This document shows positions 44,594 through 57,114 of a stretch of DNA of 64,000 nucleotides, piece by piece (the first letter of the stretch is position 1; each line of letters begins with the position of its first letter). Position numbers and translations under genes: made by a program. The notes under the pieces were generated by a model. It was not told the origin of the DNA. It ran no database searches and saw nothing but the letters and a program-made list of their open reading frames with translations. The stretch comes from Curvularia clavata (Eukaryota): NCBI GenBank assembly GCA_023920165.1, contig CP089280.1:1364001-1428000 (forward strand), read 5' to 3'.

Positions 44594-47500
44594 TGTTGGC
44601 CAGCAGCGATGGTTGTATACTACTACTTAATGTGTGGTTCGGCATGCCTCGAAGCACGGCGCGTGGGCGTTTGGCGCTAGCCATGGCGCTAAGCCAATCT
44701 ACGCGGCTAGTACGAGTCCTTGGCCCCTGATGTTTCTAGCCGTGCCCTCCTGTGAAATTCGCTGCTGGTGCGACGGCATTGCTTTCCACCGTCGCTCCCC
44801 GGAACGCCAAACGAGATGGGCGCACAACAGGAGCAGCGCAAAGAGAGGAAAAAAAAAGAGATGAGGTAGCAGTGTGCCACCGACGTGGCGGGCTGATAGT
44901 GGTGACATGTAGGAGTAGTAGCAAGTTGGATCGGGTCATGTGAAGTGGGTGTGCCTGTCATGGTGACATTGCAAGTACCATGCCTTGGTTTCCTGAGGGT
45001 GCCGGCCCCCCTGATGATCGTCATCGTTCATCTCTGTCAGACTTTACACTCGGGAGGCAGCGTGCAATTGGGCCGAGCAGCAGCAGTGCCGGGCAGGTTG
45101 CACCGGTCCGAGTGAGGGACAGTGATAGTACGAGGCCAAACTCGAGCCAGAGGGTGACGGAAGGCGTCGTAACTGCATGCACGTTGCATTGTGGACGGGC
45201 CAGGGCGCCGTTAGCACATGCGCAGGTAGTGGTAGCAGTAGCCTCGCACACCATTACCACATACTGGTTGTTCGGTGCATCAACTTGCCGGAGCCGCTCT
45301 CGTGAGTGCCGAGCGGCCGCCTGGATACGGGACATGAGGGTAAACAAGGCTCTGGCGCCTAAAGCAGGCTGCGTGTGTACGAGTTTAGTACATGGTTAGA
45401 CACGAGTGTGAGTCGCCGGTGACGACGAGCTGTCGTGTGACGTTCAAACAACATGCGCTGGCTCCAGTCAGTGCATCAAGGGCAGCCTTACGGGCAGTGT
45501 AACAATCATCAATGGGCCGCCAAGTAGGCAAAAAAAAAGGACCCCAGATATGTGGAGTAGAGGCTGCAGCCCAAATCAAGACAATATCGTGCTGCGACGA
45601 GCTGGGGCAGCAGGGCAAATTGGATCGACCCACGCTGCCGGAGCATATTGACAGAGTGCGTGCGTGCGTGCGTGTGCACTCTTTGTATATTTGTCCCGCC
45701 AAGCGCGAGAGCAAACCCCCCAACCCTCTGAAACCTCGCGGATCCAAGGCGACGAGTAGTGGGCGGCTGGCAGGTCGTGGCCTCTGCATGGTGAGTTATA
45801 CAGGTGGCTAGGAGGAAAACAGCATGGTGTGCAGTTCGGAGGATTCCATAGTCGAGCAGAGGGGCCAGGGGGGCATGAGGCCAAGAGGGCTAAAAAAGGC
45901 GGTGGCTGTCTCAGACGCTTCCATAGCTGAACCCTGTCCTCGCGTGGAAATCTGCAGGCCAGCCTTACATATCCACACCGCCATGGCCGCTTAGGCCACA
46001 CGGCCCACACTGCTGCGTCGAAACAGCCGTTATGCTTTGGCAGCTTGGGCTTTTGTTTTTTTTCCTCCGGGTGGCCATGGTTGCAGTTGGTTGCTTGCTC
46101 GCCATGGCGGGCACAAGCAACGCACCGCTGGAGGGGTTGCGACAGACTGCTGGCGACACACGACGGCGGCGGCGCATCCGGGGCCCACCGGGCGAGGTGG
46201 CAGCCGTGTCTATGTGTGTACTTTGTACCTATTGTTCCATGTTGACATTGTCCAAAGCAGCGTCCAACGCACACGCGGGTCAGCTGACAGTGGGGGCAGA
46301 TACCCAGGGCTTGGGCTCAAGGCGGCAGACGGCATGGAAGCAGAACAGTCAGGCAGAGCAGAAAGCAGCAGAGAGAGTAGTGTAGTACGCCACTGGCTGA
46401 GACGCGGTTGGGCCGAGTGGGCAGGGCGTCGTGGGAGGATGAGAGGAGTTCGAAACCAGGCTGGTCGGACAGGGGGGTGGCAGCTGGGGCAGCAAATGAA
46501 ATGGGCGTACGTCGCGAGCCAGGCCGCGATCTGAGGGACACGAAACGCGCTGCGTCGTCGTCGTCGGCCAGTCAAGCGGCGCGACTCGTGCAGCGCATGC
46601 TGACGGCAACCGGGATCGTCGTCGTGTATCGCGACAAGGCAACGCAGGTCTGATGCGCGTCGCCGCGTGACCAGTGGGCGTGCAGTCATTGTGCTCGAGG
46701 GCGCGGCCAGGGCCATTCACCGCCAGTTTTTTTCCCACGTCTTGCTGTCGTCTGGCGGGCCGGTTGGCGCAGCAGCAACGGCTGTACCAACGAGGCCATG
46801 ATCTCATACGCCTGCCTGCCACGCTGGTGGCCAGCATTCGTCTGCAGCCGCACGCACGAGGACCCATTGCCCACTGCCCGCGGCCGTGCATCGAGTGGTG
46901 GTCTGAGCTGGGCTTCGAGAAATTCTTCGGCGACTCTGCTGACTCGCCGGCCGTCGTCAGTGAGGCCGCGCCGGGCTGCGGTTTTGGGCGCGGTGCCCCT
47001 GAGGCGGGCTGGGCAGAGGAAAATTAGCAGCGGGCTCGCAGCTGGGCCGGGACCGTGTCCCATTCGCCGGCCGGGGCAGCGGCCAGGTTACCGGTTTTCC
47101 GTTTCGGGCATGTGAACGGCCAGCTGCGGCGCCGGCATGTCGTTCCCATCGCAGCCGGGGGCCCCCCTGGTCGCGCCCGACTCAGGCGCTAGCGTGGCCG
47201 TGGCATCTGGGAAAAGCATGCGGGCGCACTAGCGCCGAGCCTTTGGGTCCCGGGGAGTCGGGCTGCACTGTTGATCCTGTTCCTCTTACGAGCCACGTCC
47301 AACGCTCTTGTAACTCTCCCCTGGTCCGCCTTACTCGCTTGCGAATAGTCGTCCAATGTCGTGGATTCCGCCCAACCCGAACCACCTTGCTTCGAGCACC
47401 AGCCCATCTTCCCCAGCCCAGCCCTGGCCCACCCCTTCAGGGGGGCCCTCTCCAGCTGCGCGCTGCACAGTCAACGCCCGTCCGGTCACGGTGGATGTCG

Positions 47501-48127
47501 ACGGGCGTCACAAGCCACGGCAGGCACGCAGGCACGCAGCCAGCCAGGCAATCAATCAATTGCTGCCATCGCCTCAACTCGTGACATGGACCGACGGGCG
47601 CCATCGTCGTGCGGTGGTGCCAGCACCGCTGGGCCTTTGCCGCCGCCGCTGGCTCTGGCTGACGGAAGCGTGGGCTGGGTCGTTGCAACGATGCCATCAC
47701 GGATCCGCTACTCATTTTACATTTGCTGGTCCCTCCGCTGTCCCTATCCGCCCACACTACGTATCCATACCCACTGCCATCACCGCTTCTTTCTCCGTTT
47801 CTTCCCCGCCGCCACGATCCTTGCTCACTCCCAGCGGGCTATCCGTTTTCAGGACGCCACTTAAATCTTGCTACTCCTTATATACCCTGTGACGCTCGCG
47901 TCCTCTGCAGACGGCCCTCTGAACCCTGGAGGTACTAATCTCTGTCGCAACCCTCGCACATGTTTTATTTGTCTCGACCAACCCGCTCTTCAACTGCCCT
48001 CCGCCGTCGCCCTTGACCACCACTACCACACCGCACCACATCACCACCACTTGGATAACCCATTGGCAACACAGCACCACCTCGTCGTCGCCAATTCACT
48101 TGCTACTACTACTACCCCTGGACCACA

Positions 48128-50058
48128 ATGGCTCGGTATGGCGTGCCAGCTGCCGTCGGCAGCGATAGAACGCCCTTCCCTACCCGACAGATGGCGGTAC
48201 TTGGTGAGCCTCACTGCCATAATAATCCATGTCGGCCCTGTCGCCGATGTCCTCGTCATGTGACTTGCTAACCGACCACCGCCAGCCCTGTGCCGGATAT
48301 GCGAACCTATTGCCTTCATGTCAATATTCCCCTACGCCTACTTCATGGTCGAATCATTCATGAGCGGCCACAGCTCCGCCCAGATTTCCATGTACACGGG
48401 CATGGTCACGTCGTCATTTGCCTTCATGGAGTGCATCAGTGGCATTTTCTGGGGCCGGCTCAGCGACCGCGTCGGCCGCAAGAAGGTGCTGCTTGGAGGC
48501 CTCCTGGGCACGGGGCTGAGCATGCTTCTTTTCGGGTTCTCCCAGAGCCTGCCCATGGCGCTCATTGCGCGGGCTCTCGGGGGCCTGCTGAACGGGTGAG
48601 GTCATAGTGCGAGTTAGCGCCTGAGCCTCGCTAACCGAGTATGCAGGAACATCGGCGTGCTCCAAACCACCGTCGCAGAGCTGATTACGGATGAGCGACA
48701 CCAACGTGAGTTTGGCCCAACTTTAAAATTGCCACGCCGATCCATACTGACTTGTTTTCCGTAGCGCGCGCATATTCCATCATGCCATTTGTCTGGTGCC
48801 TTGGGTACGCTTTTTCCTCGGCACTTTCCCCTCTGTCCTCTGGCTGACCGCTTTTTTTTTGTGTAGCACCATCATTGGCGGAGCCCTTGGCGGCCTGCTT
48901 GCTCGACCGGCCAACGTCATGCCCTACTTCGTGGGCACCATTTTTGACACGTATCCCTTTCTTCTTCCAAACCTTGTCTGCACTGCTTTTGTTGTCCTCG
49001 GTCTCACCGTCGGCATTCTGTTTCTGGAAGAGACTCACGAAGATCGCAAGTATGACCATGATCGCGGCCGCGAGGCGGGGCAGTGGCTTCTGCGGAAGCT
49101 GTGGAAGCGAGCTGCAGAGCCAACTTTCGATGACAAGGATGCTTCGCTTGACGAAATGACCTCGATGCTCCGCGATCACGACAATACGCAGGCCTACCGG
49201 AGCACCGACAGCTCGCCCACACTGTGCAGCACCCGCACCTCCATCTCGGAATTACCAGAATTCTCCCTCGACAAGGAACTCGCACCTGCACCCAGTTTCC
49301 GCCAGGCCTTTTCCAAGCAAGTATGCATGAACGTTGCGTGTTACGGCATCCTCGCGTTCCACACCATTTCGCTTGAGCAGCTTCTGCCCATCCTCATGTC
49401 CAAAAAAGTGCCTTCGGGTGAGAACCAGCATCTCCCATTCCACTTTGAGGGCGGATTCGGCTGGTCGACTCAGACTACTGGCGCTTTCCTGGCTGCTCAG
49501 GGCTTTCTTCAGATGTTTGCTCAGGTCATTGTTTTCCCTTGGCTAAGCAAGAAGCTCGGCAGCCTCCGTACCTTCTGGATTACGCTTACCTGCTACCCAA
49601 TTGTCTACCTCCTGGCTCCTTACCTGGCTATCCTGCCCGAGAGCCTCCGCATTCCTGGCCTGAGCATTCTGCTCATCGCAAAGGTCACGTTCCAATCGCT
49701 CTCTTACCCATCTCTGGCCATTATCCTGGCCAACTCGTCTCCCTCCAAGAAGGTCCTTGGCACGTTGAACGGTGTTGCCATGTCTTCTGCCAGTGTTGCT
49801 CGTGGCTTTGGTCCTACCATTTCTGGTGCCGTCGACAGCCTTGGCACCTCGTTGCACATGTCTGGTCTTGCATGGTGGGTCATTGCTGCCGTTGCCCTTG
49901 TTGGCTGGCTTCCAGGATTCGCTCTGCAGGAGGGCAACAAGCGACCAAACTTTACCTCGCAGGAAGACGAGGAGGCGCTTTTGGATACCGACAGTGATGC
50001 CGATTCCATCATCACCCTGACCCCAGACGAGACGGTTGAGACCGTCCTCTCAAAATAG
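48128..50058 (+). CDS. MFS transporter (DHA1/YCR023C-like)
   Basis: FPTRQMAVLALCRICEPIAFMSIFPY, motif A WGRLSDRVGRK, GGLLNGNIGV, LGTLNG. Three introns. Confidence 0.92.
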
Positions 50059-51297
50059 ACACAACACGGAAAAGTTCACGACCTTCACCGTACGATGCAT
50101 ACAAATTTCCCTTTCTGGATGCGGCACCGCCATGGACTCGACATCACCGCGCTGGCAGCGATACTTCTTTTCGCATTCAACTTTCGGATTATAGACATTT
50201 TTTATTGGCGTGGGACCATGAGGGATCCTACTTTGTTTTACTCGGCGCATCATCATGGGAGCGACTTAGCGACATGACTTACTGGGCGGTACCTTTTGAT
50301 CAATATTTTTTTTAGACGGAAAAAAGCTCGACTGTATTAGACACCAGCAATGGTTGGCGAGCCGGCGTTTGTTTTTGAAGAACAGAATACCCCGACACGT
50401 ATTATTTTCTCGGCACACTGTATGTATGTTAGAATAGCTTGCTCAGGCAAATGGACGACATGAATGATTTCTCAGATTGAATTGTCAAACACACGACTGT
50501 TGCTTTTTGACGCATGCACATGCATGAGCTATAGGCGGAGGGGCCTGACTCGGCCAGCATTTCAGCGGTGTAATAGTGAGGCCGAGTGCAGCCCCACCCA
50601 CTGTCTCGATGATCTGCGCGAGGTTCTGCCAAACAAGCCTAATGGAATATGTAGACAGGCATAACCAGCGTGATTCCTTTGGTGTTACGGATACTTCCTT
50701 TTTACCTCGATACGTACCTGAATCGGTGTGCTTCATGCACATGGAAAAGCTCAGGGTCTCGAGTCAGTGGTGGCCGGTGTGCTTCGGAGCGTCGCGGTTA
50801 GGAACGGTCACGAGGGAACCGCTCGCACACGTTGCTTCATGTTACAGATTGGGCCAGACACGGACGTGCGTTTTTATTGACCATGTAGCCCGTGACGAGA
50901 TTGTATAGCAAAATCTACTTGACCTATCCGTCCTCCCACATGGGCTGCCAACGACGTGCTACCCTTGGCCCGAGCAGCCTATCTTGAACCCCTCCGATAG
51001 AGATAAGGCCCGCGGCTCGGCCTGCTAGTCGTCCATGAGCGACCAACAGCCGTCGAGTGCTTTGCGGGCGGGGGGAGCAGAATGGCAGTGGTGCGCCGCA
51101 GCAGGATTGTTTGGACACGCAATCGTATCACACATCCATATCTCGGTAGCCCATGGTTGTAGTTGCATGTCACTGACGCCTTATGCTCGAGTGCGGGACC
51201 AGAGCTTGCCCGCGCCCCATCGTCTTGACTGAGCTCGGAGTTACGCCGCCAAAGCTCCTACTAGCCGAAACCCTGACATTTCTTGCCATGCGCCCTG

Positions 51298-54200
51298 ATG
51301 AGCGGCCTCAAGCGCTCTTTGGAGGAGTCGTCTCATGACGGCGATAGGCCCTCGCCCTCCGATTCCTCAGTCTCCACCGTCAAGCCTGCATCGCCCGTCG
51401 CGCCCTCGTCGTCGACCTCGTTCCGCAATGTGAGCGCCTGCAACCGCTGCAGGCTTCGCAAGAACAGGTGCGACCAACGCCTGCCTTCGTGCGCTTCGTG
51501 CGACAAGGCCGGCATCAAGTGTGTCGGCTACGACCCCATCACCAAGCGTGAAATCCCCCGCAGGTATGGACAAAAAAGTCTCCAAAGTAGAGGGTTGCCT
51601 GGAACTGGCCTCGGCTCATCACTGACAAGTGCGACAGCTACGTCTATTACCTCGAAACCCGCGTCGCATACCTCGAGTCGCTGCTACAAGAACACTCGAT
51701 TGAATTCCAAGAGGCCGACGACTTCAACCCAGCTTTTGCGTCCAATGTTTCTGTCCCTCCCAGACCCGCTGCCGCTGCCGCGCCGCCGCCTCACAATGGC
51801 ACCACCAAGCCCACACCCGCCCAGGTAAAAGAGGAGAGCGAAAAGTATGATCGCGAGAAGCTCACCAAGCTCGTATCCAACATTGGAATGGTCTCGGTCC
51901 AGGGAGCCAGCGACCCGAGGTACCTGGGCTCAACATCGGGCATATCCTTTGCAAGAGTAGTATTTGCTGCCGTCAAGAGCTCGGTATCAGGCTCCTCGTC
52001 TGAGCGCGGAAGCAACCGCGGCGGCAAGGCGCCCAACAATGTTGTAGACAGTGGCACGTCCATGCGCGATTCCTTCTTTGGCCTACAAACCAAGCCGACC
52101 ATACGCCAGGCACCCTTTCCAGACCGAGAGCTTGGCTCGCGTCTTGTTGAGCTGTACTTTGAGCATGCAAACCCGCAGATACCCATTTTGCACCGTGGCG
52201 AGTTTATGGAACTATTTGAGCGTGTCTACGCCTCCGGAGAACGGCACCGCACATCGCGAGAATCGTACATGCTCAACATTGTATTTGCTATAGGTGCTGG
52301 TATCATACTCGGCAGTTCCGACTCGGAGGGCTCACCTACGTCGGACCACGGCCGTTCCCAAACCAAATCACGGTCGTCTCCACCGAGCAGTAAGAAACGG
52401 CGACTCGCAGGCCATCAGCACCAACCCGAAGAGTATCACGCGTCTGCCATTGTGCATCTGGAAAACTTCTTGGGCTCCTCTCCTGCTGCGGACCGACCCG
52501 ACGGCTTCGGGGGTGGCCTTGAGGAACTCCAGGCCGTGCTACTTTTGGCGGGTTTTGCGCTCCTGAGACCCGTAGCACCGGGTCTGTGGTATATTGTCGG
52601 CGTGGCTGTCCGTCTTGGAGTAGACCTCGGGCTGCATTACGAGGATGGTGTGGGTATCGATGGGGCAGCGTCCGAAGACCAGACTTTTGGGAATGCGGCA
52701 TCAAAGACCCAAGGCAACGGCAATACATCGGCTACCAGCAGCTCAAAAATAGATGCAAAGGAAAGAGGCCGCAGACAGTGGGTCCGGGATTTGCGGAGAC
52801 GGCTATGGTGGTGCGTCTACTCCCTGGATAGGCTTGTGAGCACATGCGTCGGCAGACCATTTGTAAGTATGACCTCTTTGACATGCTACGTCGGCCAAAG
52901 TTCCCGTGGGGGTTTCTTTGATAGACTCGATTTCACATGAATTTCTCTGTACCCCTCATGTAACCTGATATCCGAGAGCTGACAATTGGGCAGGGCATTA
53001 CCGATCAAATCGTCACCACCGAGTTTCCGTCTTTGCTTGATGACCGATACATTACTAAGGAGGGGTTTCTGGAGCCACCAGCGCACCAAGAAAAGCCCAC
53101 ATACAAGGTTGTGGCTCATCATTACTTCCGGCTCAGACTGCTGCAGTCTGAGATTTTGCAAGTGTTGCAGTACAGACAGGCCCAACAAGCAAGAGCTAGC
53201 GGTGCAAACCGGAAGAATGAGTTTATGCATACCAAGCTGCCTTCACCGTTCCTGGTCAACTTTGAATCCTTCCGCGCCTGGCGGGCCGACGTTGACCGGC
53301 GGTTGTTGGAGTGGAAGGATTGTGCCCCTACACAACTTGATGCCGGAGTGCAGTTTTCTCCCCTCTTTTTGGAGCTTAACTATTGGCAAGCTCTGATCAT
53401 GCTATATCGGCAGAGCCTGGTGGTGCCATCCGGCCTGCAAGACGAACTTGGCAATACTGGCTCAGACATGGGAAGTCCGTCTATGAGTAACCTTGAAGAG
53501 AGGGAGGATGAGGATTTGGTCTTCCTCAAGGTAGCCGAAGCGGGTCAGAAAGTGCTGAAGCTTTACCGACAGTTGCACCGTGTGCATCTTGTCAACTATA
53601 CATTCTTGGCTACTCACCACCTCTTCATGGCCGGTGAGTCTGTTCAGAGTTAGTTTCATGTTGCATTCTAACCTGTTGCAGGTATATCGTTTCTATATGC
53701 AGTGTGGCACAGTGTCCACGTACGCAGCTTATTGGTACGTCGGAACCATCTGCCCGTCATACAGGGAACATGAGTAAAGTTTCACGTAGCTGACCACTCT
53801 GCAGTCGCTCGATGATGTCGACTTTACCGTTCTTGCCGCAACCTCCGTCTTGGGCGACCTAATCGACAAATGCCCTCCTGCGGAAGCATGCCGCGACGCG
53901 TTTGATCGTATGAGTAAAGCTACGATTCAGATGTGCATGTCAACGACCGGCTTCGGACCCCAGGCCCTGCAGTCACTCCCGCAGCTTCAACAATACAATT
54001 CACAAACTTCGCCGGGCACTGCACATCCGGCCGCCGACGCTGATGCAAGGGCAGATGGTGAGATGCTGGGCTACGGCTCAGGGGATTCGGCAACTTTCTT
54101 CGGCAACCGACGTCAACAGCAGCAGCAACAGCAACAACAACCGCAGAGGCGACCGATACCGCGCTTCGACATGAATCTCAAGGATCTCTTTTCGGACGAC

Positions 54201-54800
54201 GAAACGGACAAACGCTCTTTTAGCCGTGTCAGCAACCAAGTCAATGCCATGAGACCTCCCCCAGCACCGATGAAAACGAATTCACAGCTCCAACAGCCTT
54301 TCACTGCCGACCTGAAAATCTCTCCACAGTTTCGCTCCCATCAGCAAACTAGTTTCTTCGCAGCAAGCCCTGAAATGACTAGCCCGAATCAGCAAAATAA
54401 CTTTTCTACTACTCCGCCTGCTAACCCGCCCTTGCCCTCGCCCTATCAGGTATCAAGCCAGCTATCATATAACTCCTTTTCTCAGAATATGAACTCTTCG
54501 TATCCTGATCTAGGAGGGTTTTCTGATCTCGACTTCCTAGATAGCTTCCCCATTCAAGGGAGTGGGGGTAGTGGTGGCGAGTCTAATCCTGGAGGCATGC
54601 AGGATGTAGGCATAGCTTTTGGAATGGGATTTGGAGACGGGACCCATGATTGGAGTGATGGGAATGGGTTGGATCTCTTTGATGGGTTCTTTTTTGGTAA
54701 GTCATTTACCACCTTTTTCTCTGTTTGCCTCGTGTGACAGGAATTGGCTAACGCTTTGTTGAAAATAGGTCCAGGAGGCACGGGAAACACGGGTATGTGA
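51298..54800 (+). CDS. uaY: Zn(II)2Cys6 transcription factor, positive regulator of purine utilisation (UaY/Ppr1 type)
   Basis: FRNVSACNRCRLRKNRCDQRLPSCASC..CVGYDPITKREIPRSYVYYLE, fungal TF middle region RRRLWWCVYSLDRLVS, polyQ at about 54114-54140. Several introns; stop 54798-54800. Confidence 0.88.
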
Positions 54801-55961
54801 GATGATCAAAATGGGAACTTTGAGGTAGTAGAAACAAAAAAGGGTGGGGTTTTTTTTAAGGCAGGCGGATTTTATCTGTTGCTCCAGGCAGTGATATGGG
54901 AGATACTATAGGGACATGGTTATTCGATACCCTCTTTCCAAAGATGAGAAACAACTCAATCACTTAACATCAAGCTACGAGAAACGAAAACCCCACGTTT
55001 CTCTTCTCCAGATGTGCCTGTGGCCTAGTGACTTGGCGTGGGGGTTTTGCTCCATTGTGCCCGGAAACCGGCGAGTCCCGATGAACACCCTCTACTCTAT
55101 CACATTCTTACACCTACACTGTCTCTCTATATCTACCAATAAGCAAAGGCAACATAGCTTTGCCAAACTTCAAAGATGCACACTCATACTGAGAATGAGG
55201 TAGCAGGATTTTATGTGTATGCACCTGCACCAAGCGTGTAGTTTCATTTAAACAGCTCGCAGTGAATCAATAGACGAAGAAATTATACAACAACAGTGTA
55301 TACACCTAGTTCTCACGCTATCATGCTGACCTCTATATATGAACGTGCTACGTAGAAGCGAGGCAAGTGAGTCTTCCTGGGTCCTGCTATCGAAGTGATT
55401 GTTCGTTACTGGCCTAAACTTTTGTCTTGGACGAGGGATCTGATCAATGTTGAAAAGTACATATGGTAGGTTGATGATCTGTATGTGTGTTGCTGGAAAG
55501 ATAGAGCTGGGCAGCCAAGGGCACGTATTCATGTGGATGTGAAGTACCATGAGAATCTATTCTCATTTTTACTAGTTTGTTCGCAACCTTGCGGCATAGA
55601 CTAAACCTGACGATTAGAAACAAAATCGTCTATACTGGATCTAGCACCTGAGAAGCTGAATCAGGATGCGAGTGAAGCAAAAAAGTTGGAAAAAAAAAGA
55701 AGAAGAAAATTCACAGAGGTTACTTCATCATTACATATCACAAAACCTCGAATCAGGTATTGCAGAGATTCGCGCTGGAATGAACTTTTTGAATTCCTTC
55801 TTCAGCTGGTATGCAGAAGACTTGTCTAAGCTAACCAGAGCATGTGGCTCGGCCTACCCTCCATCCTCTTTCGAGGAGCGGGCGACCACTGATCGTAATC
55901 TTCATGGTATCGTTTTGAAGCTAACCCTTAACTCCACCCAATGAACAAAAGCACGACCAGC

Positions 55962-56876
55962 TTAGTTCATCTGCCTGACGAGCTGGTTGATGAACTCCTC
56001 ACGGTTACCAAGGTCACCACCCTCGATGAAGTGCTTGAACTTGCGGGTGCGGAAACCACCAGTGGGCGAGGACAGCTTGAAGGGCCAGAGGAAGTTGGAG
56101 ACGGCCTTGAAGTTGGGGCCGACGGTGTAGAGCTCGTGGATAACGTCCTCAATGCAGGTGATGCCGTACTTTCCGAGGTTCTCCTCGATGAGAGAGTTGT
56201 CGGTGATGGGCAGGCGCTGCTTGTTGACCTTTCCGTAACCGCGCTTGTAGACAAGCTCACGGACGGTCTTGAGGTTGGGGTATCCGTAGGTGACGAAAGG
56301 CTCGACGATCTTCAGCATCTCAGAAGTGGCCTTGGTGAGCTTGACGAAGACACCGTTGTTGATCTGGAGGAGACGGAGAAGCTGGAGGGTCTTGCGCTTC
56401 TTGGGGTCGATCTTGTTGATACTGCCAAGAATTAGCATCTGAATTTGCGCTTTTCGAAGAATTTTACGCACCCCTTGATACGGACAACGAAGGCAAGCTT
56501 GGCCTCAGCGGGGACGTAGAAAGAGTTGTCGCGCTTTGCGGCCCTCTTGGCCTCGATGATGTCCCTCTCGGCCTTGACGTACTCCTGGTTGTACTTGGCG
56601 GCCCTCTCCTTGATGACCTCGCGCTTCTGCTTGCTGGCCTAAGAAAGTCTTAGCCAACTGTGATACTCCTATCTGCTTGCGCAGGTTCTGGGAGACTGTT
56701 ATACCTCACGCTTCTTCTTCAGGTCCGCAGCCTGGGACTCGGTAGCCTTCTGGTGGGCCTTCTGCTTCTTGAGCACCGACTCGGGCACGGCGATGTCATT
56801 GTGGGTGGGGACGCTGAAGAACAATTAGCATTGATACAACTCTGAGATGGCATTCAACTCACGAAGTGCGGGCCAT
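55962..56876 (-). CDS. RPL7: 60S ribosomal protein L7 (uL30)
   Basis: [66 protein letters not shown]. Three short introns. Confidence 0.97.
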
Positions 56877-57114
56877 TTTGCTGGTGGTTAGTGGGCTTGC
56901 TTGGTGTTGTCGAGAAGCTGAAAAGACAAAGTTCGGTTGGGGAACTCGAAATTCATGTGTGGACGCTAGGGTCGCGCCAAGATGGTAAGCCGCGCTAGTG
57001 CCCCGCTCCATTGGTCCACTCTTCGCCGCCATCGACATTTTCCTGAGAGCTACGAACTTGCGACAATTGCTGCAAGTTCACCAAATTCAGGTTCCCATAT
57101 TCATACAACCAACA

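Noticed and set aside
55661..55731. Minus-strand ATGATGA..CTGA with an 11-nt match to LSU rRNA (GCGAGTGAAGC)
   Set aside because: Pairing starts only 4 nt from the D box, the interior is a poly-U tract downstream of RPL7, and there is no terminal stem. Probably chance.
55921..55930. CTAACCCTTA as an alternative telomerase template
   Set aside because: Shorter match, located in the RPL7 3' region, with no boundary helix or pseudoknot.
55941..56435. 164-aa + strand ORF opposite RPL7
   Set aside because: Antisense shadow produced by the strong codon bias of a ribosomal-protein gene.
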